Below are positions 28,958-37,458 of a stretch of 64,000 nt of DNA, piece after piece. The notes beneath the pieces were generated by a model, which had not been told where the DNA came from, did not search any database, and worked only from the letters and a program-made list of their open reading frames with translations. Origin of the DNA: Candidatus Aminicenantaceae bacterium (lineage in GTDB: Bacteria > Acidobacteriota > Aminicenantia > Aminicenantales > Aminicenantaceae); assembly GCA_041862375.1 (NCBI GenBank), contig JBGVTE010000065.1:2540-66539 (forward strand), in the 5' to 3' direction. Each line of letters begins with the position of its first letter. The stretch's first letter is position 1. Both the position numbers and the translations under genes were made by a program.

Positions 28958-30087
28958 TAAAAATACTTTTTGTTGCCAACAAAACAGACATTTTCAGCGG
29001 CGGCGAAATAAGCCTATTAGAACTTCTATCGCGTCTTGATACATCCCGGTTCTATCCCATAGTCCTCTGTCCAGGAGAAGGGGAGTTAGCTGAAAAAGCA
29101 AGGAGCATGGATCTTTCTGTACACATAGTGAATATAACAACTGCAAGGACAGCTGACATTAAAAGGCTGATCAGAACAGCCCAGCAGATCAGATCCATTA
29201 TCCGGAAATATGATGTGGATATTGTCCATACAAACGGTAACAGGGCCCAGTTTTATGCATCGCTGGCAGCAAGGAGAACCCAAGCCAGGCTCTTATGGCA
29301 TGTTCGGGAGTCAGCGAGAGACTTGCTTTTATATGACTGGTTTCTTGCCAGGTCAGCGCATAAAATAGTCTGTGTTTCTATGTCTGTCAAGAAAATACGT
29401 TTCAGCCGTTTTCCGTGGTTTCGTCCTAAAATAGATGTTATTTTTAACGGAGTGGATACCCGTAAATTTGCCCGAGACCTGCGAGCAAGAAAAGCAATCA
29501 GAGAAGAGTTGAGGATTGGAGAAACTGATATTTTTTTAGGGATTATCGGATTACTCGTCCCTCTAAAAGGACATCTGCTTTTATTCGAAGCTGTGAGACT
29601 CGTCAAGGAAACTCATCCTGATATAAAGCTTCTCGTTTTGGGAAAGACTGTCGATGAACTCTATGCCACCAGACTCAAGGATATGGTGGAGAAACTAGGT
29701 ATCAGAGAAAATGTTATATTTAGTAATCCCCGTGATGATATAAACGCAATTCTTTCTGCTCTTGATATCTTTATCCTTCCTTCTCAGAGAGAAGGATTTA
29801 GCCGAATTCTGCTTGAAGCCATGGCCTGTTCCTTACCTATAATCGCCACAGATGTGAGCGGTAACAGCGAGGCTATTGTGGAAAGAGAATCTGGTCTTCT
29901 TGTTCCCTTTGGTGAAGCGAAGCAGCTGGCTAAGGCGATTGAGCATTTTATAACGAATACTGAAAATTCCAGGCTCATGGGCGAGTACGCTAGAAAAAGA
30001 GTTGAGGAGCTATTTAGCATAGAAAGCCATGTTTCCAGGATCGAGGAATTGTATTGCGAAATGAAAAGATCTATGCCTCATACATAG
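28954..30087 (+). CDS. GT4 glycosyltransferase
   Basis: GGE.S, WHVRE, NGVD, KGH, PS.REGFSRILLEAMA. Confidence 0.92.
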   Translation: MIKILFVANKTDIFSGGEISLLELLSRLDTSRFYPIVLCPGEGELAEKARSMDLSVHIVNITTARTADIKRLIRTAQQIRSIIRKYDVDIVHTNGNRAQFYASLAARRTQARLLWHVRESARDLLLYDWFLARSAHKIVCVSMSVKKIRFSRFPWFRPKIDVIFNGVDTRKFARDLRARKAIREELRIGETDIFLGIIGLLVPLKGHLLLFEAVRLVKETHPDIKLLVLGKTVDELYATRLKDMVEKLGIRENVIFSNPRDDINAILSALDIFILPSQREGFSRILLEAMACSLPIIATDVSGNSEAIVERESGLLVPFGEAKQLAKAIEHFITNTENSRLMGEYARKRVEELFSIESHVSRIEELYCEMKRSMPHT

Positions 30088-30156
30088 GGATAGAACAAGA
30101 CATGAGACCGATTGTTTCATAACTGGTAACAGAGCTTAGGATGGATTATTTCAAAT

Positions 30157-31515
30157 TTAAGTTTCTATTTTATCCTCGTTCAGAGCCGGCAACATCATGA
30201 CTATTCCCGTGATAAACCAGAAAGGTTCCATGATACGAATTATGATAAAGGTATTGGATGCCAGAGCATGGACAACTAAACCAACAAAGCCGGCTATATA
30301 ACCCATGGTTAACCCTTTGTACAATTCATCTTCCATTTTTTTATGGATATTGAGAGAGTGTTTAAAAATTGACCACAGAAGCCATAGTAAGACTGCAAAA
30401 CCGATAGCTCCCAGTTCAGGAAGGGTGCGAATATACTGTCCATCTATGAAAATAAATCCTGTCACGCCTCGCCCCAATACGGGGTGCTTTTTCCAAGCAT
30501 TGAGGCTATCTTTCCAGCTAAATATCCTTGCAGAAGCAGACTCGTCAAGATAGACAGTTCCAAACCTGGCTAACCTCTCCTGTTGTTGCGTGAATGTATA
30601 TTGAACTCTTGAAAAGATCGCCTCAGGCTTAAGCACTGCTCCTGTGAGAATTACTGCAGCCAATACTGCAACCAATACTGCTTTTTTCTTGCTCAGAATA
30701 ATAAGTGCAATATAGGAGAAGACAACAGCCAGGTATGAGGCGCGGGACAAGGTATACAGAAATGGAAGAAAAATAAGAATGCAAAGCCCTGCTAGAGTCA
30801 GCCTCATCTTTCGAGAAACCTTCTGCAAACTAATACCTATAGCTACACAAAACACAAAAAGTAGATACCCGCCGAACGTATTGGGCTCACCAACTTCGCC
30901 TTCAAAAGGAGCAGTGACTCTTGCACCTGAAGGGATTTGTAACATCCCGTAGACAGAGACAATAGCACATGTTATGAAAAAAGCATTAAGAAAAAATTTT
31001 ACTTGCTTTCTGCTGTGGATATGGTTTGCTACCAGTATGTAAAGAAGGAAATATTCAGTATATCTTGCGACATAGAAAAATCCTTTAGCTAGATCCACGT
31101 ATCCTAAAACAGTGCCTCTCAAGGTGGCAATGACACATATCAATATATAGACAACAATAGGTTTATTAATGGGTGTTTTTATGAATAAAGTTAATCCTTT
31201 ATTGACAGCTGTTTTTGCCAGCCAGGTAAAAATAATGAGGGCCAGCAGGAAGTCGTCTAGCCGGATTACTATTTCTCTTCCCGGAACTTGACCAGCTCCG
31301 ATTTCAGGAGATAGAAGCATCGAAAAAATTAATATAATAAGTGCTGCATCTGTATTCACTAATGTTACTACAATGATCAAAGAGCCAAGAATTAATGCTA
31401 TGACAACTTTATAGGAATACCCGGTTATAATCTGACCGGTGAAGATACTAATAATAAAGACTGCTAAAATAACTAACGCAGTCAAAAATTTTGGGTCCTG
31501 CAGGTCTAAACGCAT
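30157..31515 (-). CDS. Wzy polymerase / O-antigen ligase family membrane protein
   Basis: Polytopic; EPN.FGG, T.SRAS, S..AR...W, HP.LG.G Wzy_C-like motifs; cotranscribed with wza-wzc. Confidence 0.82.
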   Translation of the reverse strand: MRLDLQDPKFLTALVILAVFIISIFTGQIITGYSYKVVIALILGSLIIVVTLVNTDAALIILIFSMLLSPEIGAGQVPGREIVIRLDDFLLALIIFTWLAKTAVNKGLTLFIKTPINKPIVVYILICVIATLRGTVLGYVDLAKGFFYVARYTEYFLLYILVANHIHSRKQVKFFLNAFFITCAIVSVYGMLQIPSGARVTAPFEGEVGEPNTFGGYLLFVFCVAIGISLQKVSRKMRLTLAGLCILIFLPFLYTLSRASYLAVVFSYIALIILSKKKAVLVAVLAAVILTGAVLKPEAIFSRVQYTFTQQQERLARFGTVYLDESASARIFSWKDSLNAWKKHPVLGRGVTGFIFIDGQYIRTLPELGAIGFAVLLWLLWSIFKHSLNIHKKMEDELYKGLTMGYIAGFVGLVVHALASNTFIIIRIMEPFWFITGIVMMLPALNEDKIET

Positions 31516-31570
31516 AATAATTCTTTATTACCGCAAATTGTATGAAACGTGAAAATGTATGGATTTTGAA

Positions 31571-33547
31571 TCAGTCTGGGCTTTGTGATTTCTTTTCTTC
31601 TCCGTAATAACGGTAATACCGGTATCTTTGATAATATGTATCATCCTCCATAAAGTCAGCTTTAACGTTATTAATAACAACTCCCCAAATTTTAGCGTCA
31701 ACGTTTTCCAGTTGGGTTTTAGCACGGATGAGCGCCTGTCTGGGTGTCCTGCCAGCTTGATAGACCAAAATTACTCCGTCAGTTTTCGTGCCCAGAACAG
31801 CAGAGTCAGTCACAGGGAGAGTTGGCGGGCTATCAAATAGAATTACGTCATATTCCTGTTTCAACTCTTTAACCAAATCGCTAAATTGAGGGAAATTGAG
31901 CAGCTCAGCAGGATTAGGTGGATTTTCACCGCAGGTAATAATATTCAAATTCTCTATGCCAGTAGATTTTAAGATTCGTTCATATTCGAAGCCACCTAGT
32001 AAGATATCAGTAACATTATTAACAACTTTTTCCCAGGATAATTTTCCTATTAAAACTTCGCTTAATCCAGGGCTTTTCTTAAGACCGAATAATCGATAAA
32101 TCATCGGCTTTCTAAAATCAGCGCCAACAACGAGCACTTTCTGTCCACTCTGAGCGAGAACAATACCTAAATTAGCTACAGTCTGGGTTTTTCCTTCCTC
32201 TGGAGTAGCGCTGGTGATAACGATACTCATTCCTTCTTTTTTATCACCAATATAATCAAGGTGAGTGCGTAAAGACTTATAAGCCTCAGCTACCGGAGAA
32301 GTTGGCGTGAACAAGGCAATCAGTTTTTTCTGTACCGCATCTTTTTCTGATATTTTCTTTCTTTTAATGAATTTATTCTTAAGACCCCTCTTTCCTTTTT
32401 CAAGTGAAGTATTGGGAATAACTCCTAAAACAGGCACTTGTATCAATTCTTCTATGTCATCCAACCGGCCTATAGTTGTATCAAAGCTTTCAACCACGAA
32501 TGCCATGATTAATCCAATGAGCAGTCCACTGAAAAGACCTATCATGATGTTAAAATTAATGTCAGGTTTGATTGGACTAGAAGGAAGTGAAGCTGGTTCA
32601 ACGATAGTAACATCTTGGGCTTTTTCTGCCTCAAGTATGCTTGCTTCTTCATATTTTTGCTTAAACATTAAATAAATATCTTCAGCTATGGTAACATTCC
32701 GCTTCAACTGAAGAAGCTCAATCTCTTTTGCAGAAAGCGCTTTTTGTTGAGCCGTTATTTGATTCACGGCAACAGCAAAATCATTGTTAGTCTTTTCCAT
32801 TCTCCGTTTGAGAGCTTTTATTTCTGGATGTTCCTCAGTGTATTTACTTTTTAATGCAGCCAGCTCTAGCTCCAAATTCACGATTTCTTCTTTTAGTCTA
32901 GATAGTCGAGAATCGGTTTCCATAGGAGGCAAGCTCTTAGTATCTCTCTCTACTACTAATGGATTATCTTGGCGAAACTTCTGAAGTGCAGCTTCTCCTT
33001 TTTGCAATTCTGAAAGATAGTAATCAAGCTGAGTTTTAACAAAACTTTTCACGTTGGAGGCTTCCTGCTTCTTATTTTCAAAATGAGTCTCAACATAGAC
33101 GAGGGCTACTGTGTTGGCTAACTCCATTGCTTGTCGGGGATTACTTGAAACTGCACTGATTGAGATCATATTAGTGTTCCCTACTTGTGCTGCAGATATT
33201 TGTCCCTGAAGTCCTTTAGCTCTTGCCATGCGGTCTATAGGATTCATGTCTTGGCTGATCAAGTTTAATTTTTCCGCCACTTTCTCCATAATTTGATAGC
33301 TGGAAATAAGATTCGCCTGGGAAGCCATCTCATCTCCTGGAGACCAGGTAATTAATTCAGTTAGTATCTCCGCTACTGATTTTCTCTGCTCGATTTTCAC
33401 TGTAGAGGATGTTTGATAAATGCGAGTTTGTTTAAAGGTATAATAAAGTGTAGAAAGAAGCACTAATACGAAAGATAAAATGATAATTCGCTTTCTTTTA
33501 CGAATCACCCGCAAATAGTCAGATAAATTCATCTCAATTTTTGGCAT
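31571..33547 (-). CDS. wzc: Wzc-type polysaccharide copolymerase / BY-kinase
   Basis: Wzz N-terminus, coiled coil, second TM, AEAYKSLRT, Walker A SATPEEGKT, ADFRKP, FDSPP, Tyr-rich tail YYQRYRYYRYY. Confidence 0.92.
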   Translation of the reverse strand: MPKIEMNLSDYLRVIRKRKRIIILSFVLVLLSTLYYTFKQTRIYQTSSTVKIEQRKSVAEILTELITWSPGDEMASQANLISSYQIMEKVAEKLNLISQDMNPIDRMARAKGLQGQISAAQVGNTNMISISAVSSNPRQAMELANTVALVYVETHFENKKQEASNVKSFVKTQLDYYLSELQKGEAALQKFRQDNPLVVERDTKSLPPMETDSRLSRLKEEIVNLELELAALKSKYTEEHPEIKALKRRMEKTNNDFAVAVNQITAQQKALSAKEIELLQLKRNVTIAEDIYLMFKQKYEEASILEAEKAQDVTIVEPASLPSSPIKPDINFNIMIGLFSGLLIGLIMAFVVESFDTTIGRLDDIEELIQVPVLGVIPNTSLEKGKRGLKNKFIKRKKISEKDAVQKKLIALFTPTSPVAEAYKSLRTHLDYIGDKKEGMSIVITSATPEEGKTQTVANLGIVLAQSGQKVLVVGADFRKPMIYRLFGLKKSPGLSEVLIGKLSWEKVVNNVTDILLGGFEYERILKSTGIENLNIITCGENPPNPAELLNFPQFSDLVKELKQEYDVILFDSPPTLPVTDSAVLGTKTDGVILVYQAGRTPRQALIRAKTQLENVDAKIWGVVINNVKADFMEDDTYYQRYRYYRYYGEEKKSQSPD

Positions 33548-33563
33548 TTAGTTCCCTCTTTTT

Positions 33564-34859
33564 TTATTTTGCAAACCAGAAATACCAGGTCAAAGGAAGT
33601 GCAATGTCTCTTAGAACTCGCTCTATATCAACAATAAAGCTCTTGGGTACATAGACAATATCCCCCGGCATTAACTCGATATTCTGGCCAAGGTCGCCTT
33701 TCTTTAGAATTCGGCTTAGATTCACTCGAATTCCCTTTTGGGAACCTAATTCGCCCCGAATTACTATTATACTTTTGGTGACAGCATCACGAGTGTATCC
33801 TCCTGCCTCTGCGATGGCATCTATCAAGGTTAGTGTTCCTTTGACATATACAAACTTAGGATCTTTAACTTCTCCCAGAACATACACTTTTTTCATTTCC
33901 AGGGGGGGGACATATACTGTATCTCCTCCAGAAACAAGAGCTTGATTCCCTTTTTGAGGATCTTTAATGAGTTCATTGAAATTATAAGTAATAACTCTTC
34001 CATCTTTTTTTATCAATTTTATGTGGTACATATCAGCATTCTCTGTGGGCCCGCCAATTTGACCCAGAAACTCTACAAGGGTTGTCCTTCTGTTTAGGGT
34101 GTACATTCCAGTCTTTGTTTCCCCTAAAGCGATCACTCTCTGGCTGTTGTATTCTTTAACGGTCACAAACACAATAGGGTCAATCAAATATTTGGAAAGC
34201 TCTTCCATTAATTTCTCCTCTGCTTGAGGAACAGTTAATCCTAATACACTTATTTTTCTTATCGGGGGGAGCCTAATTTCGCCCTTATAGTCTACTACGA
34301 CTTCTCTGGTAACATCGGGCTGCTTCCATACTTCTATGTTTAAAACATCTCCAGGGCCAACAAGATATCCTGATTCTGAGAGGAGGTCTTCGCCGGATAT
34401 TTGAGATTGAATATCTGCCATTTGTTTCTCTGGAATAGTTGAGGTTAAATTTTTTTGAGGATTTTTGACTCGTACTATTATTGAACTGCCGCTGTCGAAA
34501 ATTTCATAGGGTAAATCCTGAGTAAGTTCAATTCTTACAAGATGTAATTGGTGTTGGTCATTATCTCCTTGACTGGAAAATTCATTTATTATTTTTTTTA
34601 TGGGTCCCTTATTTACATTAACTATATCATCTGAGCTGCTGTAAATTTTATCTTTTGGAAACTTGATTATGAGAGTAGGAGGTTCTTCCAGCTTGGTAAA
34701 GCTGTATTGAACCGGTTTTGTGGTAGTCAAGACTACCTCTGTCTCAGAGAACAACTCCTTTGCAGTTAGATTGACGAGATGGATACCTCTGTGAGAAATA
34801 CAGGAAATACAGACCAGAATTATTATTGTCCCTGTTATGCCTTTAATTACCCTTTTCAT
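33564..34859 (-). CDS. wza: Wza-like polysaccharide export protein (Poly_export + SLBB repeats, AMIN-like N-terminus)
   Basis: Y.VGPGDVL.I.VW, G.I.LP, GD.VYVP repeats, VYVLGEV..P, AIAEAGG. Confidence 0.88.
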   Translation of the reverse strand: MKRVIKGITGTIIILVCISCISHRGIHLVNLTAKELFSETEVVLTTTKPVQYSFTKLEEPPTLIIKFPKDKIYSSSDDIVNVNKGPIKKIINEFSSQGDNDQHQLHLVRIELTQDLPYEIFDSGSSIIVRVKNPQKNLTSTIPEKQMADIQSQISGEDLLSESGYLVGPGDVLNIEVWKQPDVTREVVVDYKGEIRLPPIRKISVLGLTVPQAEEKLMEELSKYLIDPIVFVTVKEYNSQRVIALGETKTGMYTLNRRTTLVEFLGQIGGPTENADMYHIKLIKKDGRVITYNFNELIKDPQKGNQALVSGGDTVYVPPLEMKKVYVLGEVKDPKFVYVKGTLTLIDAIAEAGGYTRDAVTKSIIVIRGELGSQKGIRVNLSRILKKGDLGQNIELMPGDIVYVPKSFIVDIERVLRDIALPLTWYFWFAK

Positions 34860-34884
34860 ACAGAATTCTCTACAGGTTTATGTA

Positions 34885-34914
34885 ATTATAGTTAAATAAA
34901 AATGATTTAGTCAA
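34885..34914 (-). promoter_or_regulatory. Sigma70-type promoter of wza-wzc-wzy
   Basis: Minus strand TTGACT (34914-34909), 18-bp spacer, TATAAT (34890-34885). Confidence 0.6.
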
Positions 34915-34966
34915 CCCTTTTTGAGTAAATAATACCAGATATTGTACAAATTTATCAAATTATTAT

Positions 34967-36388
34967 CTATATGGTATGATTTAATATCCTTTCGGCAGTT
35001 GAAGCTATTAAATCCCATGCTTCCTTCACATGCTTTTCTTCAGTAGTTCTCGAGCCGATAGCCATTCGCAGGACATATCTTCCTTTTAAAGTGGTATGAG
35101 TTAAGAATACCTTGCCAGTCCGGTTGAGGCTATCCAGTAATTTACGGTTCAGTTTATCTAGCTCATCCTCTTTTCTGCCGTCATTCAAGCGGAAACAGAC
35201 CAAGCTCAGATTAACCGGCGCCATGAGCTCGAAGTGCCCGTGCTCCTCTATCCATCTTTTAAAAATCTGTGCTAATCGAATATGTTCTCTTACCATATTT
35301 TGGAGTCCTTCGACACCATAGGATCGAATTACAAACCACAATTTCAGTGCTCTGAATCTTCTTCCCAGCTGAATACCCCAGTCCCTGAAATTTTTCACTT
35401 GATCATCAAGGCCAGTTTTTAAATACTCTGGATGGATTTCGAAAGTTCTGATAAGCGCTCCGGGATCTTTTACAAAATAGACTGAACAGTCAAAGTTAGT
35501 AAACATCCACTTGTGAGGATTAAAAACAAATGAATCTATGTACTCGGCTCCATCGAGCATCGCTTCCTTCTCAGGAAGCATTGCTGCTGTGCCTGCAAAA
35601 GCAGCATCAACATGGAGCCACAGGCCATGACTGCGACAGATCCTGCCCACGGCTTGCAGTGGGTCTATTGCAGTCGACGATGTTGTTCCCAGAGTAGCTA
35701 CCACACAGGCAGGATGCAATCCTCTTTTTTTATCCTGAATCACTGCTTCTTCAAGTTTCTGAGGAAGCATGACATATGTATCGTCTGTAGGAATGTAGCG
35801 TAGGTTTTCTTTTCCGAAGCCTGCAATTTTCACTCCTTTTTCTATGCTTGAATGGGCCTCCTCTGAGGCATACACTATGAGGGAATTTTTCAGACCCTTT
35901 AGGTTTGATTCAAACTTTGTTGCATTTTCTCTTGCTGTAAGGAGGGCACAGAGTGTTGCAGTAGAGGCTGTATCCTGGATTACGCCAACCATTCTTTCAG
36001 GAAGTCCGAGCATTTTACGTAGCCATTCAAGAACCACTTCTTCCAATTCAGCCGCGGCTGGAGATGTCTGCCAGACCATACACTGAGCGCCTAGAGTCGC
36101 TGTTAATAATTCTGCCAGAATAGAAGGCGGACTGTTATTGGCTGGGAAATAAGCAAACCATGATGGGTGCTGCCAGTGAGTGATTCCAGGCATTATGATC
36201 TCTTTGAAATCTTCGAATATCTTTCCCATGGGCTCCCCCTTTTGTGGTGGATCATCAGGTAAACTTTTTTTAATATCTCCAGGTTCTACCTGCGACATTA
36301 CAGGAAACTCCGCTACTTCAGTCATGTACTCTGCAGCCCAATCAATAAGTTTATAGCCATATTGCCTGAAAAGTTCTTTATCCATCAT
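34967..36388 (-). CDS. Group II PLP-dependent aromatic L-amino acid decarboxylase-like
   Basis: PGITHWQHP..FAYFP, SPAA.ELE, HSS.EK, GTTS, HVDAA, FNPHKW, LGRRFRALKLW. Confidence 0.92.
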   Translation of the reverse strand: MMDKELFRQYGYKLIDWAAEYMTEVAEFPVMSQVEPGDIKKSLPDDPPQKGEPMGKIFEDFKEIIMPGITHWQHPSWFAYFPANNSPPSILAELLTATLGAQCMVWQTSPAAAELEEVVLEWLRKMLGLPERMVGVIQDTASTATLCALLTARENATKFESNLKGLKNSLIVYASEEAHSSIEKGVKIAGFGKENLRYIPTDDTYVMLPQKLEEAVIQDKKRGLHPACVVATLGTTSSTAIDPLQAVGRICRSHGLWLHVDAAFAGTAAMLPEKEAMLDGAEYIDSFVFNPHKWMFTNFDCSVYFVKDPGALIRTFEIHPEYLKTGLDDQVKNFRDWGIQLGRRFRALKLWFVIRSYGVEGLQNMVREHIRLAQIFKRWIEEHGHFELMAPVNLSLVCFRLNDGRKEDELDKLNRKLLDSLNRTGKVFLTHTTLKGRYVLRMAIGSRTTEEKHVKEAWDLIASTAERILNHTI

Positions 36389-36443
36389 GTGGCTCCTTTA
36401 AGCAGAAGGAATTAATTGTCATTATTGCTTTATTTAGTTAATA

Positions 36444-36473
36444 ATTCTATAAGAATCTTTTTCTAATAGTCAA
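36444..36473 (-). promoter_or_regulatory. Sigma70-type promoter of the decarboxylase
   Basis: Minus strand TTGACT, 18-bp spacer, TAGAAT. Confidence 0.55.
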
Positions 36474-36601
36474 AGCACCAGGGGAAAAACAGTGATTTTT
36501 TTCATTAATCGGAAAAAAGCGTCAAAATTGGTGAAATTAATGTATAAAATGTGTAAAAAGCAGTTAAAAACATTGAATTTTCTGAAATTGAAAAAAATTT
36601 G

Positions 36602-36631
36602 TTGATATTATTAAAATAATTATGGTATAAT
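36602..36631 (+). promoter_or_regulatory. Extended -10 promoter with no large downstream ORF
   Basis: TTGATA (36602-36607), 18-bp spacer, TGnTATAAT (36623-36631). Confidence 0.6.
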
Positions 36632-36637
36632 ATAGAT

Positions 36638-36851
36638 TAATTAATCAATTCCTCTTCTAAAATAATTTTAAAAACATATCCTTCTGGGTAACTTTTCTAT
36701 CATTTTTATCGTATATACAAATGGAGAGACAAAATGAAAAAACCTCCTTTTTTTCAGGAGTTCATCATAGATTCAATTCTTCTATTTACCCATTCCCTTT
36801 CCTAGGCTGTCCTCCTTTTTTTCATATGAAAAAAGCAAGGGCAGCCTTTTT
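36638..36851 (+). ncRNA. Candidate sRNA (or small-peptide mRNA), about 210 nt
   Basis: Bounded by a consensus promoter and an intrinsic terminator; two CCTCCTTT anti-SD motifs; 5' end estimated. Confidence 0.4.
36804..36851 (+). terminator. Rho-independent terminator
   Basis: AGGCTGTCCT (36804-36813) pairs with AGGGCAGCCT (36838-36847) with one G-U; inner T7/A6 stem; followed by a T run. Confidence 0.7.
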
Positions 36852-37044
36852 ATATAATGGAGATTTTTATATTTTCTTTATTTTCCGCTAATTCTATTTC
36901 CAATGTAACAATCATACTCCTAATGCTGTATCACTTCCATATGATACCACATAAAAATTTTACTCATTCTTGTTCCTGCCTTCTTAGGATAACATAAGGA
37001 CAAAATCGACCAGCCTCATTTTCTCATGAAGATGCTTACCTCTT

Positions 37045-37088
37045 CGCTGATGACTACTTCAGCTCTCATCACGGAAAAGAATATACTT
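37045..37088. repeat. Degenerate right-end copy of element A
   Basis: CGCTGATGACTACTTCAGCTCTCATCACGGAAAAGAATATACTT aligns by eye with 8980-9024. Confidence 0.55.
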
Positions 37089-37105
37089 ACGATAGGAGTT
37101 TGAAC

Positions 37106-37134
37106 TTGACTGAACAGAAACTTTTTATTACATT
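37106..37134 (+). promoter_or_regulatory. Promoter for the riboswitch-btuB transcript
   Basis: TTGACT (37106-37111), 17-bp spacer, TACATT (37129-37134). Confidence 0.5.
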
Positions 37135-37171
37135 AGAGGTGCAAATAATCTATCTTTGACAATTTAATTTT

Positions 37172-37322
37172 GGCTCGAAGGAAAGGGAAGTCCGTGAAAA
37201 GCGGACACAGCCCCCGCTACTGTAATCGGGGACAAATTCCAGAATATGCCACTGTTCAATTAAACGTAACAGGAAGGTCTGGAAGGAGGATGATCCGAGA
37301 GTCAGGAAACCCCCTTTAAGCC
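37172..37322 (+). promoter_or_regulatory. Cobalamin riboswitch
   Basis: AAAGGGAA-GTCCGTGAAAAGCGGAC, CCCCGCTACTGTAA, GCCACTG, GGAAGG, GAGTCAGGAAACC (B12 box); P1 GGCTCGAAGG/CCTTTAAGCC; upstream of a BtuB-like receptor. Confidence 0.93.
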
Positions 37323-37329
37323 TTGACAG

Positions 37330-37364
37330 CCCATCTTCGGGTGGAAGATAGGGTATTTTTTTTT
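37330..37364 (+). terminator. Riboswitch expression-platform terminator
   Basis: CCCATCTTC-GGGTG-GAAGATAGGG hairpin followed by a T run. Confidence 0.65.
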
Positions 37365-37458
37365 ACTTATCTTCCCCGGAATGCTGCTTAAATCACAGTG
37401 AATGGTTTTTTCCTTATAAGGTTAAAAGCGGGGGCAAAAGATTCTGGAGGCACAAAGA

